DNA of 57,930 nucleotides from Actinomycetota bacterium (GCA_025963875.1 JAOPZY010000231.1:1-57930); one strand, 5' to 3'; counted from the first letter of the stretch, positions 1-10,225 are shown. Made by a program: numbers and translations. Notes: generated from the letters alone by a model not told the origin.

Positions 1-2559
1 CGGCATGACTTCGAAACCTGGCTCCCGAAGCTGAGCGACCGCGGTGTGGTCCTGTTCCACGACACCAACGAGCGTGGAGCCGAGTTCGGTGTCTGGCGGC
101 TGTGGGCGGAGGTTGCGCAGCACTACCCCCACTTCGAGTTTCTGCATGGCCACGGCTTGGGCATCTTGTCCGTGGGTCCCAACGAACCGCCCGCCCTCGG
201 GGATTTCCGGGCGAGCTTCGAATCGGAACCATGGATCCAAACCCTGTTCTACGAGCTGGGCCGGCGTTTGGGCCTCCAAACGCAGGTCATGAGGGACAAG
301 ATGAGCGCGGAGCACGCCGCGCGCGAGAGGGACCGGCTCAATGACATCATCCGCATCCAGCAGGAAGCCCTCGAGGAGAAGGACCGGGGCCTGGCCGTCC
401 AGCACGCAGCCCTCGAGGAGAAGGACCGAGGCCTGGCCGTCCAGCAGGCAGCCCTCGGGGAGAGGGACCGACTCCTTGAAGGGCTGCGAACGGCCCTGAG
501 CGCCCACGAGTCCGAACTCGTGCAGCTGCGCACCAAGGCAGAAGAACACGACGCGGTCCTGGCGACCCGGGACACGTTGATCGCAGAGCAGGAGGCAGCC
601 CTGGCTGCGAGCCGTGTCGAGAGCGCGGCGGTGAGCGCCGAGCTTGACCAGCTCCGTCAGCGAGCCGGCTACCGCGTCCTGGAGGGCACGATCCGCCAGG
701 TGGACCGCTTGGCTCCGTGGTCGACGCGGCGTCGCCAGATCGTGCTCGCGGGCGCAAAGGTCGCGAAGGTGGTGATGAACGAAGGCCCCGCCGGTGCCGT
801 GAAGCGGCTGCCAAAGATCGCAACGTGGGCGCCGCACATCTTCGGCGTGGCCCGCCTTCCCCAAACGCCGCCCGCGCTGCCCGCACCCCCACCGCGTGGC
901 CAGGAGCTCACGTACAACGAGGAATACCAGATCTGGATGCAGCGCCACGCTCCCTCGACGGAGGAGCTGGCTGCCCAGCGGGCAGCGTCGAAAGACTTCC
1001 CGTACCGGCCCAGGATCAGCATCCTGATGCCCGCCTACAATACGAATCCCTCGTGGCTCATCGAGGCCGTGGAGTCGGTGCGTGCCCAGAGCTACCCGAA
1101 CTGGGAGCTCTGCATCGTCGACGACGCCTCTCCGGACCCTGCAGTCGGCAAGGTCCTCAGGCGCTACCGGCTGCAGCGCCGCATCCGCACGGCGCGCCTG
1201 GCGGAGAACTCCGGCATCGCAGCCGCCTCAAACCGTGCCCTCTCCATGGCGACCGGCGAGTTCATCGGCTTTCTCGACCACGACGACGAGCTGAAACCCA
1301 ATGCCCTGTACGAGGTCGTGAAGTTGCTGAATCAACAGAGCGGCCTTGACTTCATCTACTCCGACGAGGACAAGAAGGAGCTCGATGGCAGGCTCGTCGA
1401 CCCCTTCTTCAAACCGGACTGGTCCCCGGAGCTGTTCCGAACCACCAACTACGTCACGCATTTCGCCGTCTACCGTGCGTCCGTCATCGACCGGGTGGGC
1501 CGGCTCCGGAAGGGCTACGACGGGAGCCAGGACCATGACCTGGCCTTGCGGGTGACCGAGGTCACGGATCGGATCGCCCACATCCCCCTGCCCCTGTACA
1601 CCTGGCGGAAGGTACCCGGCTCGGCGGCCGGATCCCCCGACGCCAAGCCCTGGGCGTACCAGGCGGGAGCGAAGGCACTCCAGGACAGTCTCCGCCGGCG
1701 CGGCCTGAGCGGGGACGTCGGTCCGGGCATCTGGAAAGGGAGCCACCGCATCCGTTACCACGTGAGCGGTGAGCCGACCGTCGGGATCATCATTCCGACC
1801 CGGGACCGCGTCGATCTCCTCCGCCAGTGCATCGGCAGCATCGAAGACCTGTCGACCTACTCCCACTACGAGATCATCGTGGTCGACAACGACTCCGCCG
1901 ATCCCGAGACTCTCGACTTCCTGTCCACACTCAAGGGCAGAGTGATCGGGTATCCCGGATCCTTCAACTTCGCCAACATGATGAACACGGCCGCCCGGGA
2001 GGCCCGGACCGACATGCTCCTCTTCCTCAACAACGACACCGAGGTGATCACACCCGGGTGGATCGAGGCCATGCTGGAGTACGCCCAGCAACCCCAGGTC
2101 GGTGCGGTGGGCGCCCGGCTCCTCTACCCGCAGGGACATCCCCAGCACGAGGGCATCATCATGGGCCTCGGCCACGGCACCGCCGGCAACGTGGACCACG
2201 GTGGCTACTTCTCGTTGGGCCACTCCGTCCTCAACACCACGGCGGTGACCGCGGCCTGCATGATGACCAGGACCGCGTTCTTCACGGAGCTCGGCGGCTT
2301 CGAGGAACGGCTGACCGTCGCCTTCAACGACGTAGACTTCTGCCTGCGCGTGCGGCAGGCGGGGTACGAGGTCGTCTACACGCCCTACGCTGAGCTCTAC
2401 CACTACGAGAGCGCCAGCCGGGGATCACTGCACCCACCGGCCGACGAGACGTTTTTCTGCAGCCGGTGGGGCCGTCCCGGGGACATCGTGGATCCCTTCT
2501 ACAACCCCAACCTGGACCTCGGGCGCCCGTACCGGATCAGCGTCGACGACTGGCATTGA
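1..2559 (+). CDS. Multidomain glycan enzyme, 5'-partial: end of a class I SAM methyltransferase domain, coiled coil, two GT2 domains (WsaE/WbbB-like architecture)
   Basis: Frame is open from base 1 (RHDFETWLPKLSDRGVVLFHD, methyltransferase-like). Long heptad-rich helix follows, then GT2 motifs ISILMPAYN..VDDAS..FLDHDD and GIIIPTRD..VDNDS..FLNNDTE..AFNDVD. Confidence 0.85.
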   Translation, partial: RHDFETWLPKLSDRGVVLFHDTNERGAEFGVWRLWAEVAQHYPHFEFLHGHGLGILSVGPNEPPALGDFRASFESEPWIQTLFYELGRRLGLQTQVMRDKMSAEHAARERDRLNDIIRIQQEALEEKDRGLAVQHAALEEKDRGLAVQQAALGERDRLLEGLRTALSAHESELVQLRTKAEEHDAVLATRDTLIAEQEAALAASRVESAAVSAELDQLRQRAGYRVLEGTIRQVDRLAPWSTRRRQIVLAGAKVAKVVMNEGPAGAVKRLPKIATWAPHIFGVARLPQTPPALPAPPPRGQELTYNEEYQIWMQRHAPSTEELAAQRAASKDFPYRPRISILMPAYNTNPSWLIEAVESVRAQSYPNWELCIVDDASPDPAVGKVLRRYRLQRRIRTARLAENSGIAAASNRALSMATGEFIGFLDHDDELKPNALYEVVKLLNQQSGLDFIYSDEDKKELDGRLVDPFFKPDWSPELFRTTNYVTHFAVYRASVIDRVGRLRKGYDGSQDHDLALRVTEVTDRIAHIPLPLYTWRKVPGSAAGSPDAKPWAYQAGAKALQDSLRRRGLSGDVGPGIWKGSHRIRYHVSGEPTVGIIIPTRDRVDLLRQCIGSIEDLSTYSHYEIIVVDNDSADPETLDFLSTLKGRVIGYPGSFNFANMMNTAAREARTDMLLFLNNDTEVITPGWIEAMLEYAQQPQVGAVGARLLYPQGHPQHEGIIMGLGHGTAGNVDHGGYFSLGHSVLNTTAVTAACMMTRTAFFTELGGFEERLTVAFNDVDFCLRVRQAGYEVVYTPYAELYHYESASRGSLHPPADETFFCSRWGRPGDIVDPFYNPNLDLGRPYRISVDDWH
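367..470 (+). repeat. In-frame 42-bp tandem repeat (about 2.5 copies) encoding ALEEKDRGLAVQ(H/Q)A
   Basis: gccctcgaggagaaggaccggggcctggccgtccagcacgca (367-408), a near-identical copy at 409-450, and a partial copy at 451-470. Confidence 0.9.
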
Positions 2560-2591
2560 TTCGACCGCAGGACTTCAGAAAGCGAGGACCC

Positions 2592-3236
2592 ATGTCAGAC
2601 GACTCCTTCACGTCGGCCTTCATCGCCGAGTCCATCGAGATCCTCCGCGGCCTCTCCGTCGAGGAGGTGGATGCCGCCATCGCATTGCTGGCCCAGACCC
2701 GCCGCCGGGGCGGCCGGGTCTTCTTTTGCGGGTCGGGAGGCGGAGCCGGGCACGCGTCGCACGCCACCTGCGACTTCCGCAAGCTGGCTGGCTTCGAGGC
2801 CTACTGCGTCTCCGACAACGTCTCCGAGCTCACGGCTCGGGTGAACGACGACGGCTGGGACAGCTCGTATGCCAACTGGCTGGCCGGCTCCAGAATCAAC
2901 GGCAAGGACTGTCTCGTGGTCTTCTCGGTCGGAGGCGGGGACGAGGAACGAGGCGTCAGCGCCAACCTGGTGAACGCCATCCACAAAGCTCGGGAGGTCG
3001 GTGCCTCCGTAACGGGAGTCGTGGGGCGCGACGGCGGAGCGTTGCGGCGCCTGGCCGATGCCTGCATCCTCGTCCCCACCGTCATCCCGAGCAACGTCAC
3101 CGCCCAGACGGAGTCCATGCAGGCGCTTCTCTGGCACCTGATGGTGATGCACCCCGACCTGCTGGCGGCCACACCGAAATGGGAGTCGATGGAAGCGGCG
3201 GCGTCGGCGCCCAGCGGCTCGATCGGTGGCGTCTAG
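2592..3236 (+). CDS. SIS-domain sugar-phosphate isomerase (GmhA/LmbN-like)
   Basis: VFFCGSGGGAGHASHATCD, ELTARVNDDGWDSSY, FSVGGG, GVVGRDGG. ATG at 2592 follows gagga. Confidence 0.85.
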   Translation: MSDDSFTSAFIAESIEILRGLSVEEVDAAIALLAQTRRRGGRVFFCGSGGGAGHASHATCDFRKLAGFEAYCVSDNVSELTARVNDDGWDSSYANWLAGSRINGKDCLVVFSVGGGDEERGVSANLVNAIHKAREVGASVTGVVGRDGGALRRLADACILVPTVIPSNVTAQTESMQALLWHLMVMHPDLLAATPKWESMEAAASAPSGSIGGV

Positions 3237-4228
3237 TGGATCAGTGCGCAAAGCCGGGCCTTGATGGGTCGCAGGGGGCCCGCATCAACCTCAGCGTGGT
3301 CCTCCCGGTGTACAACGAGGCGGCCACCGTGGGCAGCATCATTGACGACGTACTGGCGCTCGACCTCCCCGACATCGACATCGAGTTGATCATCGTGGAG
3401 AGCAACTCCAGCGACGGGAGCCGGGATGTCGTTGCCGGGTATGCAGACCACCCTCGGGTGAAGCTCGTGTACCAGGACCGCCCCTCGGGCAAGGGAAGCG
3501 CAGTTCGCGCCGGCTTCTGCCACGCTGCGGGCGACATCCTCCTTATCCAAGACGCCGACCTCGAATACCGGGTCGAGGAGTATCCCATCGTGTTGGCTCC
3601 CCTGATCGCCAACGAGGCGAACTTCGTCCTCGGGTGCCGTCACTCGCCCGGGAAGGCGATGCGCCACTTCGAAGCGGCTCGCCACATGAGTTGGCTCATG
3701 AACGGCGCCCACTGGGCCTTCACCACCATGTTCAATGTGGTGTACCGGACGAAGCTCCGGGATCCGTTCACCATGTACAAGGTCTTCCGGACATCCTGCA
3801 TCGTCGGCGTCCCGTTCACGTCCAACCGGTTCGATTTCGACTGGGAACTCGTGGCCAAGCTAGTGCGGCTCGGCAACATCCCGCTGGAGGTTCCAATCAC
3901 GTACGTGTCACGGGATTTTGACAGTGGCAAGAAGGTGCGGTTCTTCCGGGACCCCTTAACCTGGATGGTGGCCCTCGCCAAGTTCCGGTTCACGAAGCTC
4001 ACCGCCGCCGACGGAGACCCCACCGTGGCCCTTCCCCGCATGCCCGTCAGGTCCGAACCCGCTCCACTTGCACCCGTCAGGCTCGAGCCGCTGCACAAAG
4101 GTAGTCCGAACGGTGCGGCACAGTCTGAGACGTTGCCGTCGCCGCAGGCAGCGAATGGGTCGAGTCAGCCAGAGGATGGAAGCGCCTCGGCAACGTCGCT
4201 CGGGAGCGCCGGGCACACGACCGTCTAG
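3236..4228 (+). CDS. GT2, DPM1/polyprenol-phosphate glycosyltransferase-like
   Basis: LSVVLPVYNEA, GKGSAVRAG, IQDADLEY, RFDFDWE, EVPITY..R...GKK. The GTG overlaps the upstream stop; start is approximate. Confidence 0.85.
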   Translation: MDQCAKPGLDGSQGARINLSVVLPVYNEAATVGSIIDDVLALDLPDIDIELIIVESNSSDGSRDVVAGYADHPRVKLVYQDRPSGKGSAVRAGFCHAAGDILLIQDADLEYRVEEYPIVLAPLIANEANFVLGCRHSPGKAMRHFEAARHMSWLMNGAHWAFTTMFNVVYRTKLRDPFTMYKVFRTSCIVGVPFTSNRFDFDWELVAKLVRLGNIPLEVPITYVSRDFDSGKKVRFFRDPLTWMVALAKFRFTKLTAADGDPTVALPRMPVRSEPAPLAPVRLEPLHKGSPNGAAQSETLPSPQAANGSSQPEDGSASATSLGSAGHTTV

Positions 4229-4233
4229 CCGCA

Positions 4234-5148
4234 GTGGCCCCTCACCCGGCCGCCGGCGAACACAAGAATGACCCCGCACCCCGGATCGTGCCTGCATCCT
4301 GCCCAGCCTGCCTTGGGCCAGCCCAGCTGAAGCGGGCCAACGCGTACGGCGACACTTCCCTGTACCTGTGCAGCAAATGCGCCACGGAATTCATCGATCC
4401 GCAGCCGAGCGACGAGCGCCTGAACGAGATCTACTCCAGCTCGTACTACGACCCTTGGGCGGTCGACAAGGATCCAACGGTGGAAGCGATGAAGCGCACC
4501 ACCTTCGCCTGGATCCTGGCCCAGTGTTCACCACCCTCCGGCGGCCGGATCCTCGACATCGGGTGCGCCACCGGATTCCTGCTGCGAGTCGCCTTGGACC
4601 AGGGACTCGAAGCTTGGGGCATCGACCTCAATGCCTATGCCATCGAGCAGTGCCGGCAGCTGGTGCCCGACACGCACGTGCATTGCGGGTTTCTTGCCGA
4701 CCAACCCTTCGACGGCATTTCCTTCGACGCCATCTTTATGGTCGACTTCATTGAGCATGTCCGGGATCCGGAGAAGGAGCTCCGCGGGGTGTGGGAGCGT
4801 TTGTCGGAAGGCGGCGCTGCAGTGATCTCCACGCCGCGCACGGACTCAACGGTGCACGCTCTCACTGGTCGGGGGTGGCCGCAGTACCGGGAGGAACACC
4901 TGACCTACTTCTCACTCCCCGGGATCACCACACTCCTGCGTCGGTGCGGTTTCGAGGTGGTCAGGAGCCGCCCCACCCGCAAAACCGTGACCCTCAACTA
5001 CGCCCACCGGCTGATGCAGGCATACCACCAGCCCTACGCGACTCGGATCGCGCACATGATCTGGAAAGGACTTCCCTTCCTCCGAGAGGTCACGTTCCCC
5101 GTGCGGCTGGGGGAGATGACCGTGGTGGCCCGCAAGACGTCAGGCTGA
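4234..5148 (+). CDS. Class I SAM-dependent methyltransferase with N-terminal Zn ribbon
   Basis: CPAC..CSKC, ILDIGCATG, DFIEHVRDP, ISTP, EHLTYFS. Confidence 0.85.
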   Translation: MAPHPAAGEHKNDPAPRIVPASCPACLGPAQLKRANAYGDTSLYLCSKCATEFIDPQPSDERLNEIYSSSYYDPWAVDKDPTVEAMKRTTFAWILAQCSPPSGGRILDIGCATGFLLRVALDQGLEAWGIDLNAYAIEQCRQLVPDTHVHCGFLADQPFDGISFDAIFMVDFIEHVRDPEKELRGVWERLSEGGAAVISTPRTDSTVHALTGRGWPQYREEHLTYFSLPGITTLLRRCGFEVVRSRPTRKTVTLNYAHRLMQAYHQPYATRIAHMIWKGLPFLREVTFPVRLGEMTVVARKTSG

Positions 5149-7545
5149 GTTCCGGGTCCTGCGGAGCTGGGAGGTCGCAGCGACGAGGAGACCGACCAGC
5201 CCCGCGACGGGCAGGCCCCACAGCACGGCCCGGGACGCCGGCCGGTACCGGAAGACAATTCGCGATGCCTCGGCGCCCAGGACAACACCCCGGAAGGCGA
5301 CGTCGGTTGGCAGCACCGTCGCCGGCTGGCCGTTCACGGTCGCCTCCCAGCCCGGTGCGTAGGTATCGGTGAGGACCAAGAGGCTCCGTGGGCCCGCCGC
5401 AACCTGCACGACGACTTCGTCGGGGCCGTAGGACGCAATGATGGCCGGCCGGGAGGTGACGGACTGCGGATCCAGCGCCAACGGTACCGAGGACTCAACA
5501 ACCGCCTGGTGGTTGGGATCAAAGCGGTCAACCCGGGTCGTTCCATCCCCAAAGGCATGCCCGAGACCCTTCAGGTACGTCGTTGCGGCAGCCATGTCAC
5601 CCACCGTTTGGGCGTCCCGTACGGTGAACACCCGCGGGATCCGGTCAGCGTTCTCGAAGACGCTGACGCCACCGGCGGTGCCGACCAGCCGGTACTGGCC
5701 AGAGCCGTTCAAGCCGCCGGAGGACACTGACCCCGTCAGGACGTACCGGACCCCCATCAGATCGAACATGGGGTTGACTTCGATCTGGCCGAGCTTCATC
5801 CCGTCGCCGGTGAACCGATCGAAGAATGGGCCGACGAACGTGCCGACATAGGCGACGTAGCGCCGCAGGTACAACGCATCCAGGCTGCGAATGTCCTGGA
5901 TGCCGAACACCCCCGCGGTGTTGGCATAGAGCTTGCTGTCCAGACCGAAGACCCGAGCCTGCGGATCCGTGGCCGGACCGCCGGACAGGTAGTGCATCCA
6001 CGGGGGCTCCCGGTACGGGTTCGCCCGGGGCGAGTAGACGGCGGGAGCCAGCAACAGGAGGAGCTCGAGCAGCATGACGCCGGCGGCCGCCGGCGCTGCG
6101 AACCGGCGCAGGCCGGGAAGCAACCTGGGGGCCACGACGGCGGCCAGCACCCCGCCGCCGGCGGCCAGCGCCAAGGCGTAGAGGACGTACTGCCGCGTCG
6201 GGGACTGGTGTGGGGGCACTGCCAGCACCGGACCGTTCGCGATCAGGAGCGCAACGACTGCCAGAGCCAAAAGGAGGGCGGCCACGACGAACCGTCGCAG
6301 GCCGACCTCACCTGCCCTGATGGCATCGACGGCGATGCCGGCCACAACAGCAAAACCAACATTGACCAGTGGCGGTGCGAACGCGATGAAGTTGACACGG
6401 TTCAGAAGCGGGAGGCGTCCGATGAGCTGGAAACCCGGGACGCCGTGAATCTTCAGGAGCAGCACCGCACCGAGCCCGAGAAAGAACCACCCTCCGAACC
6501 GGCGCATGGTGGCCGGCGAGGCAACCGCAACCACGATGAAAGCCGCGCCGGCTGCTCCGACCCAGCTGCGCGTGGGCGAGAACCGAACAACCCTGAGCGC
6601 CGCCGGGTAGCCATTGACGAAGGGAATGAGCCAGTTGAGGAGCGTAGCTCTTGACGCTGCCCCGAGCCCTTGCCCGGTCGTGTGGACGTTGAAGGAGATG
6701 CGGAGGTACCCGAGCAACAGCAGCAGCAGAGGGGCAGCCAGGAGCAGACCGGCGACCCCGGCCCCGCCAAGGCGCAACGTCGCTCGCAACCTCCACCCCA
6801 CATCCCCGCGGGGGTTCTTGATCACGCGGTAGACGCCATAGAGCGCTGCCGCTGCCACAACGAGGAGGCTGGCCTCCGGCATGCCGACGAGGATGGTGGC
6901 GGCAAGAGCGGCCGCAAGGGCGGCGACCCACACGATCCTGTCCGATTGCACCGAGCGGTCCACGAACAGAAAGAGGATAGGAAGATAGCTGTAGACGCGG
7001 ACAAACGAATTGTTGGCGTCCGTGGCAAAGTAGCCGGACAGCACGAATGCGCCAGTCCCTGTGAGCGCCCCCAGTGTGCTGAGTCCAAGGTTGCGAAGGA
7101 ACAGATACATGCCTACAGCCCCGAGGACCAGGGAAAAGAGCAGCGTGAGGTCCCAGGTCAATGTCGTTGGATGCAGATTGACGGCAAGCATCATGGGGTC
7201 GAAAACAGACGACTGACCGTTGGCAGCGAGTGGTGTCCCCGCTCCCTGGTAGGGATTCCACAGCGGCACGACGCCGTGCGCGATCTGGCGGTGAGCAACC
7301 TGGGCCCAGGGCAGCATCGCCCATGCGGATGCTCCCGGGTCGACACGGAAGTTGTCGTTGGACAAACGCCTGATGCCCGTCGGCAGGTCGGTCCCGTTGA
7401 CGCCGGGCATGACACTGGACGTGTCGAACGTCTTCCCCCCGAACGCGACGCTGTGATAGGCGATCAGCACCAGGGCCACCGCGGCAAGCATGCCAAGGAG
7501 ATCCCGGCGCCATGGCCTCGTCGGAGGCTTACCGGCCGCCGGCAT
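5140..7545 (-). CDS. YfhO-family polytopic membrane protein (GT-C-type glycosyltransferase)
   Basis: PLWNPYQGAGTPLAAN, many transmembrane segments, C-terminal LVLTDTYAPGWEATVNG..FRGV..FRYRP. Confidence 0.85.
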   Translation of the reverse strand: MPAAGKPPTRPWRRDLLGMLAAVALVLIAYHSVAFGGKTFDTSSVMPGVNGTDLPTGIRRLSNDNFRVDPGASAWAMLPWAQVAHRQIAHGVVPLWNPYQGAGTPLAANGQSSVFDPMMLAVNLHPTTLTWDLTLLFSLVLGAVGMYLFLRNLGLSTLGALTGTGAFVLSGYFATDANNSFVRVYSYLPILFLFVDRSVQSDRIVWVAALAAALAATILVGMPEASLLVVAAAALYGVYRVIKNPRGDVGWRLRATLRLGGAGVAGLLLAAPLLLLLLGYLRISFNVHTTGQGLGAASRATLLNWLIPFVNGYPAALRVVRFSPTRSWVGAAGAAFIVVAVASPATMRRFGGWFFLGLGAVLLLKIHGVPGFQLIGRLPLLNRVNFIAFAPPLVNVGFAVVAGIAVDAIRAGEVGLRRFVVAALLLALAVVALLIANGPVLAVPPHQSPTRQYVLYALALAAGGGVLAAVVAPRLLPGLRRFAAPAAAGVMLLELLLLLAPAVYSPRANPYREPPWMHYLSGGPATDPQARVFGLDSKLYANTAGVFGIQDIRSLDALYLRRYVAYVGTFVGPFFDRFTGDGMKLGQIEVNPMFDLMGVRYVLTGSVSSGGLNGSGQYRLVGTAGGVSVFENADRIPRVFTVRDAQTVGDMAAATTYLKGLGHAFGDGTTRVDRFDPNHQAVVESSVPLALDPQSVTSRPAIIASYGPDEVVVQVAAGPRSLLVLTDTYAPGWEATVNGQPATVLPTDVAFRGVVLGAEASRIVFRYRPASRAVLWGLPVAGLVGLLVAATSQLRRTRNSA

Positions 7546-8260
7546 CCAACCTTCGCGCCGCGCCCAGCCCCTGCAGGTAGCCGTTGGTCTCCTGGAAACC
7601 CCCCTCGCTCCCGATCTCGTAGAAGCGCTCCGCCACTTCGAACCCCATCAGCTCCGTGCCGGCGATCAGCGATTGCAGGGCCTCCCCGAGGTCGAAGGTA
7701 GTTCCCGGGGCGAACGGAGCGAAGGCGCCGGCCGTGAGGATGCTCATGCCGTAGTCGATGTACTCGTAGGTCCCGGGGGGCGCTCCCTTGCGGTAGTCCA
7801 CGACCAGCCCTTCCCGGAAAGCGACGTTGCTCGGATCCCAGGCGTCACGGTTCCTGAGCACCGTCATCAGCCCCTTCCGCCCGGCGCGCCGGAACGCCGC
7901 CTCGACCTCGGCCATCGGGACCTGGAGGTAGGTGTCGCCGTAGGTGACCCAGAAGGCATCGCCGAGCAGCGGGAGGGCACGGCGCACGGCACCCCCCGTG
8001 CCGAGGAGCGCCTCGCCGTCGGGCAGGATCTCGATGTCGAGCCCGTAGGCGGCGCCGTCTCCCACATGCTCCGCGATGGCGCCTGCGCCGTGGCCGAGCA
8101 GCATCACCACCCGTGTGGCCCCCTGCTCGGCGAGCTGGCCCAGCTTGAAGTCGATGAACGGGCGGCCGGCCACCTCCAGGAGCGCCTTAGGGAGGCGGGG
8201 CCCGGTTCGTTTGGCCATCCGGGTCCCGAGGCCTCCCGCCAGCACGGCGACCGGGTACAT
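7529..8260 (-). CDS. Sugar-1-phosphate nucleotidyltransferase (HddC/LmbO-like)
   Basis: VLAGGLGTRM..PKALLEVAGRPF, LLGTGGA, TYGDTY, FYEIGS. Confidence 0.9.
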   Translation of the reverse strand: MYPVAVLAGGLGTRMAKRTGPRLPKALLEVAGRPFIDFKLGQLAEQGATRVVMLLGHGAGAIAEHVGDGAAYGLDIEILPDGEALLGTGGAVRRALPLLGDAFWVTYGDTYLQVPMAEVEAAFRRAGRKGLMTVLRNRDAWDPSNVAFREGLVVDYRKGAPPGTYEYIDYGMSILTAGAFAPFAPGTTFDLGEALQSLIAGTELMGFEVAERFYEIGSEGGFQETNGYLQGLGAARRLDAGGR

Positions 8261-8264
8261 GCGA

Positions 8265-9242
8265 CTAGACGACCACCAGGGCCGAGCCCTCGTAGTCGAA
8301 GCTGAAACGGACCTCCGGCAGCCCGAGGCGCGCCATGGCCGCCCGGAGGTCGGCCTTGGCTTCTGAGTAGAAGAGCAGGAAACCGCCGCCCCCGGCGCCG
8401 ACCAGCTTGCCGCCGGAGGCGCCGCACTTCAGCCCGGCGTTGATCCAGGCGTCGATCTCGAGGTTCGTGGCACTTGGGGAACGCTGGCGCTTCAGCTCCC
8501 ACTGGAGTGTCATGAGCTTGGCGAAGGTGGGCAGGTCGCCCGTGACGAGGGCCTGGAAGCTCTCCTGGCCGATCTCCGTGACGCGGCCGAGGTTGCTCGA
8601 CGTCTCCGTGTTGCCGGCCCTGGACTTGGCGTCCTGGTCGGCGAGGACCTCGGAGGCGGATCGTCGCTGGCCCGTGTAGAAGAGAAGGAGGTTCTCCTCG
8701 AGCCGCCACCGTGTGTCCTCGGACATGGGTACGGGCACGACCTCCACCGAGTCGTCGGGGTGGAAGCGGAATGACGTGACCCCGCCGAGGGCGGCGATGT
8801 ACTGGTCCTGCTTCCCGACGGGCTCGCCCAGGCGGTCGATCTCGATGTGGCAAGCCTGCTCGGCCAGCTCCCGGTTGGAGACCAGCCGCCGCTGGTGGGC
8901 GTGCAGGGCCTTCAGGACGCCGACCGTGAAGCTGCCCGAGGAACCCAGCCCCGTGTTCGCCGGGATGTCGGCCATCGAGGAGATCTCGACCCGACGCTCG
9001 ACACCCGTGAGCCGGAGCGCCTCCCGCAGCAGTGGGTGCCGGATGTCCGACACCCTGGTGACGTGCTCGACCTGCGAGTACTTGAGCAGGATGTCGTCGT
9101 CGAAGTTCTGGTTGACGGCGATGTAGACGTGCCGGCTGATGGCGGCCGCCACCAGGAAGCCCCCCGACACCCGGTAGTGGGAGGGCAGGTCGGTGCCGCC
9201 GCCGCCAAGCGAGATCCTCATCGGTGTGCGCGTGATGATCAA
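8265..9242 (-). CDS. GHMP-family sugar-phosphate kinase (HddA/LmbP-like)
   Basis: TRTPMRISLGGGGTD, DIPANTGLGSSGSF, GKQDQY, GGKLVGAGGGGF. The TTG start overlaps the upstream TGA. Confidence 0.9.
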   Translation of the reverse strand: MIITRTPMRISLGGGGTDLPSHYRVSGGFLVAAAISRHVYIAVNQNFDDDILLKYSQVEHVTRVSDIRHPLLREALRLTGVERRVEISSMADIPANTGLGSSGSFTVGVLKALHAHQRRLVSNRELAEQACHIEIDRLGEPVGKQDQYIAALGGVTSFRFHPDDSVEVVPVPMSEDTRWRLEENLLLFYTGQRRSASEVLADQDAKSRAGNTETSSNLGRVTEIGQESFQALVTGDLPTFAKLMTLQWELKRQRSPSATNLEIDAWINAGLKCGASGGKLVGAGGGGFLLFYSEAKADLRAAMARLGLPEVRFSFDYEGSALVVV

Positions 9243-10225
9243 CTGCGGTAAGCCTCCTCGACGACGGTGAAGGCGGCGATGCAGTCTTCGATGCTCGCCC
9301 CCCGGCTCTCCCCCCCGGTCGCCGCCGAGAGGAAATCGGCGACCTCGAGCGCCCAGGACCGGTCCGCCTGCGGCCATTCCCAGATCGTGGTCGCCGGTGG
9401 CCCCATCTCGGGGAGCATCTCGTAGAGGGCGAGCCGCTCCACCCCGTAGCTGCCGCCCAGGCCCGTGATCTCCAGCTTCGCGGTGCGGTAGGCGATCTCG
9501 AGGGAGAAGAGGTTCTTCCACTCCGTCCACGAGGCGTGCAGCCACGCGAAGCCGCCCGAGCGGGGACGGAGGGCGAGGAAGGCGTTGTCCTCGACGTCGC
9601 TCTGCCAGAAGTCGGTCCTGCACTCGGCGAAGACGAGATCGACGTCGCCGGCGATGTACCGGGTGAGGTCGATGAGGTGGATCCCCTGGTCCACGAGCTC
9701 ACCTCCGCCAGAGGCCTCCCGGCGGGCGCGCCACTCCTTCTCGTAGCCGGGCCGGCCCCCGTGGCCGTAGCGCCCACGGATGTGCATGAGGTCGCCGTAG
9801 GGCTTCTGCGACGCGATGTCCCTGGCCCGGAGCAGCGACGGGTGGAAACGGTGGTTGAAGCCCACCTTGACCACCCTGCCGGCTGCCCGAGCGGCGTCCC
9901 GCACCGCCACCAGGTCCTCCAGGCGGTGCGCCCCCGGCTTCTCGACGAGGACGTGGCACCCTGCCTCGAGCGCCGCCAGCGTCGAGGGGCCGAGGGCCGA
10001 GTGGACCGTCGCCACGATGGCGACATCGGCCTCGACGCCCTCCAGCCCCGCCTGGATCGAGTCCGCGACCCGGACGCCGGCAGCGGTCGCCGGCAGGGTT
10101 GCGGCCAGGGCCTCGGCTCGGCCGAGGTCGAGGTCGACGAGCGCGACCACCTCCACCCCGGCCGGGAGGGCCTGCAGGCGCTTGCGGCCGATGAGCCCGC
10201 AGCCGATCACCGCCACGCGGGTCAT
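9239..10225 (-). CDS. Gfo/Idh/MocA oxidoreductase (LmbZ-like family)
   Basis: VAVIGCGLIG, HVLVEKP, VGFNHRF, GGGELVDQGIHLID. ATG at 10225 follows ggagg. Confidence 0.9.
   Translation of the reverse strand: MTRVAVIGCGLIGRKRLQALPAGVEVVALVDLDLGRAEALAATLPATAAGVRVADSIQAGLEGVEADVAIVATVHSALGPSTLAALEAGCHVLVEKPGAHRLEDLVAVRDAARAAGRVVKVGFNHRFHPSLLRARDIASQKPYGDLMHIRGRYGHGGRPGYEKEWRARREASGGGELVDQGIHLIDLTRYIAGDVDLVFAECRTDFWQSDVEDNAFLALRPRSGGFAWLHASWTEWKNLFSLEIAYRTAKLEITGLGGSYGVERLALYEMLPEMGPPATTIWEWPQADRSWALEVADFLSAATGGESRGASIEDCIAAFTVVEEAYRS

Noticed and set aside
367..470. CRISPR-like repeats
   Set aside because: The repeats are contiguous, in frame and spacer-free. No CRISPR array or cas gene was seen in the window.
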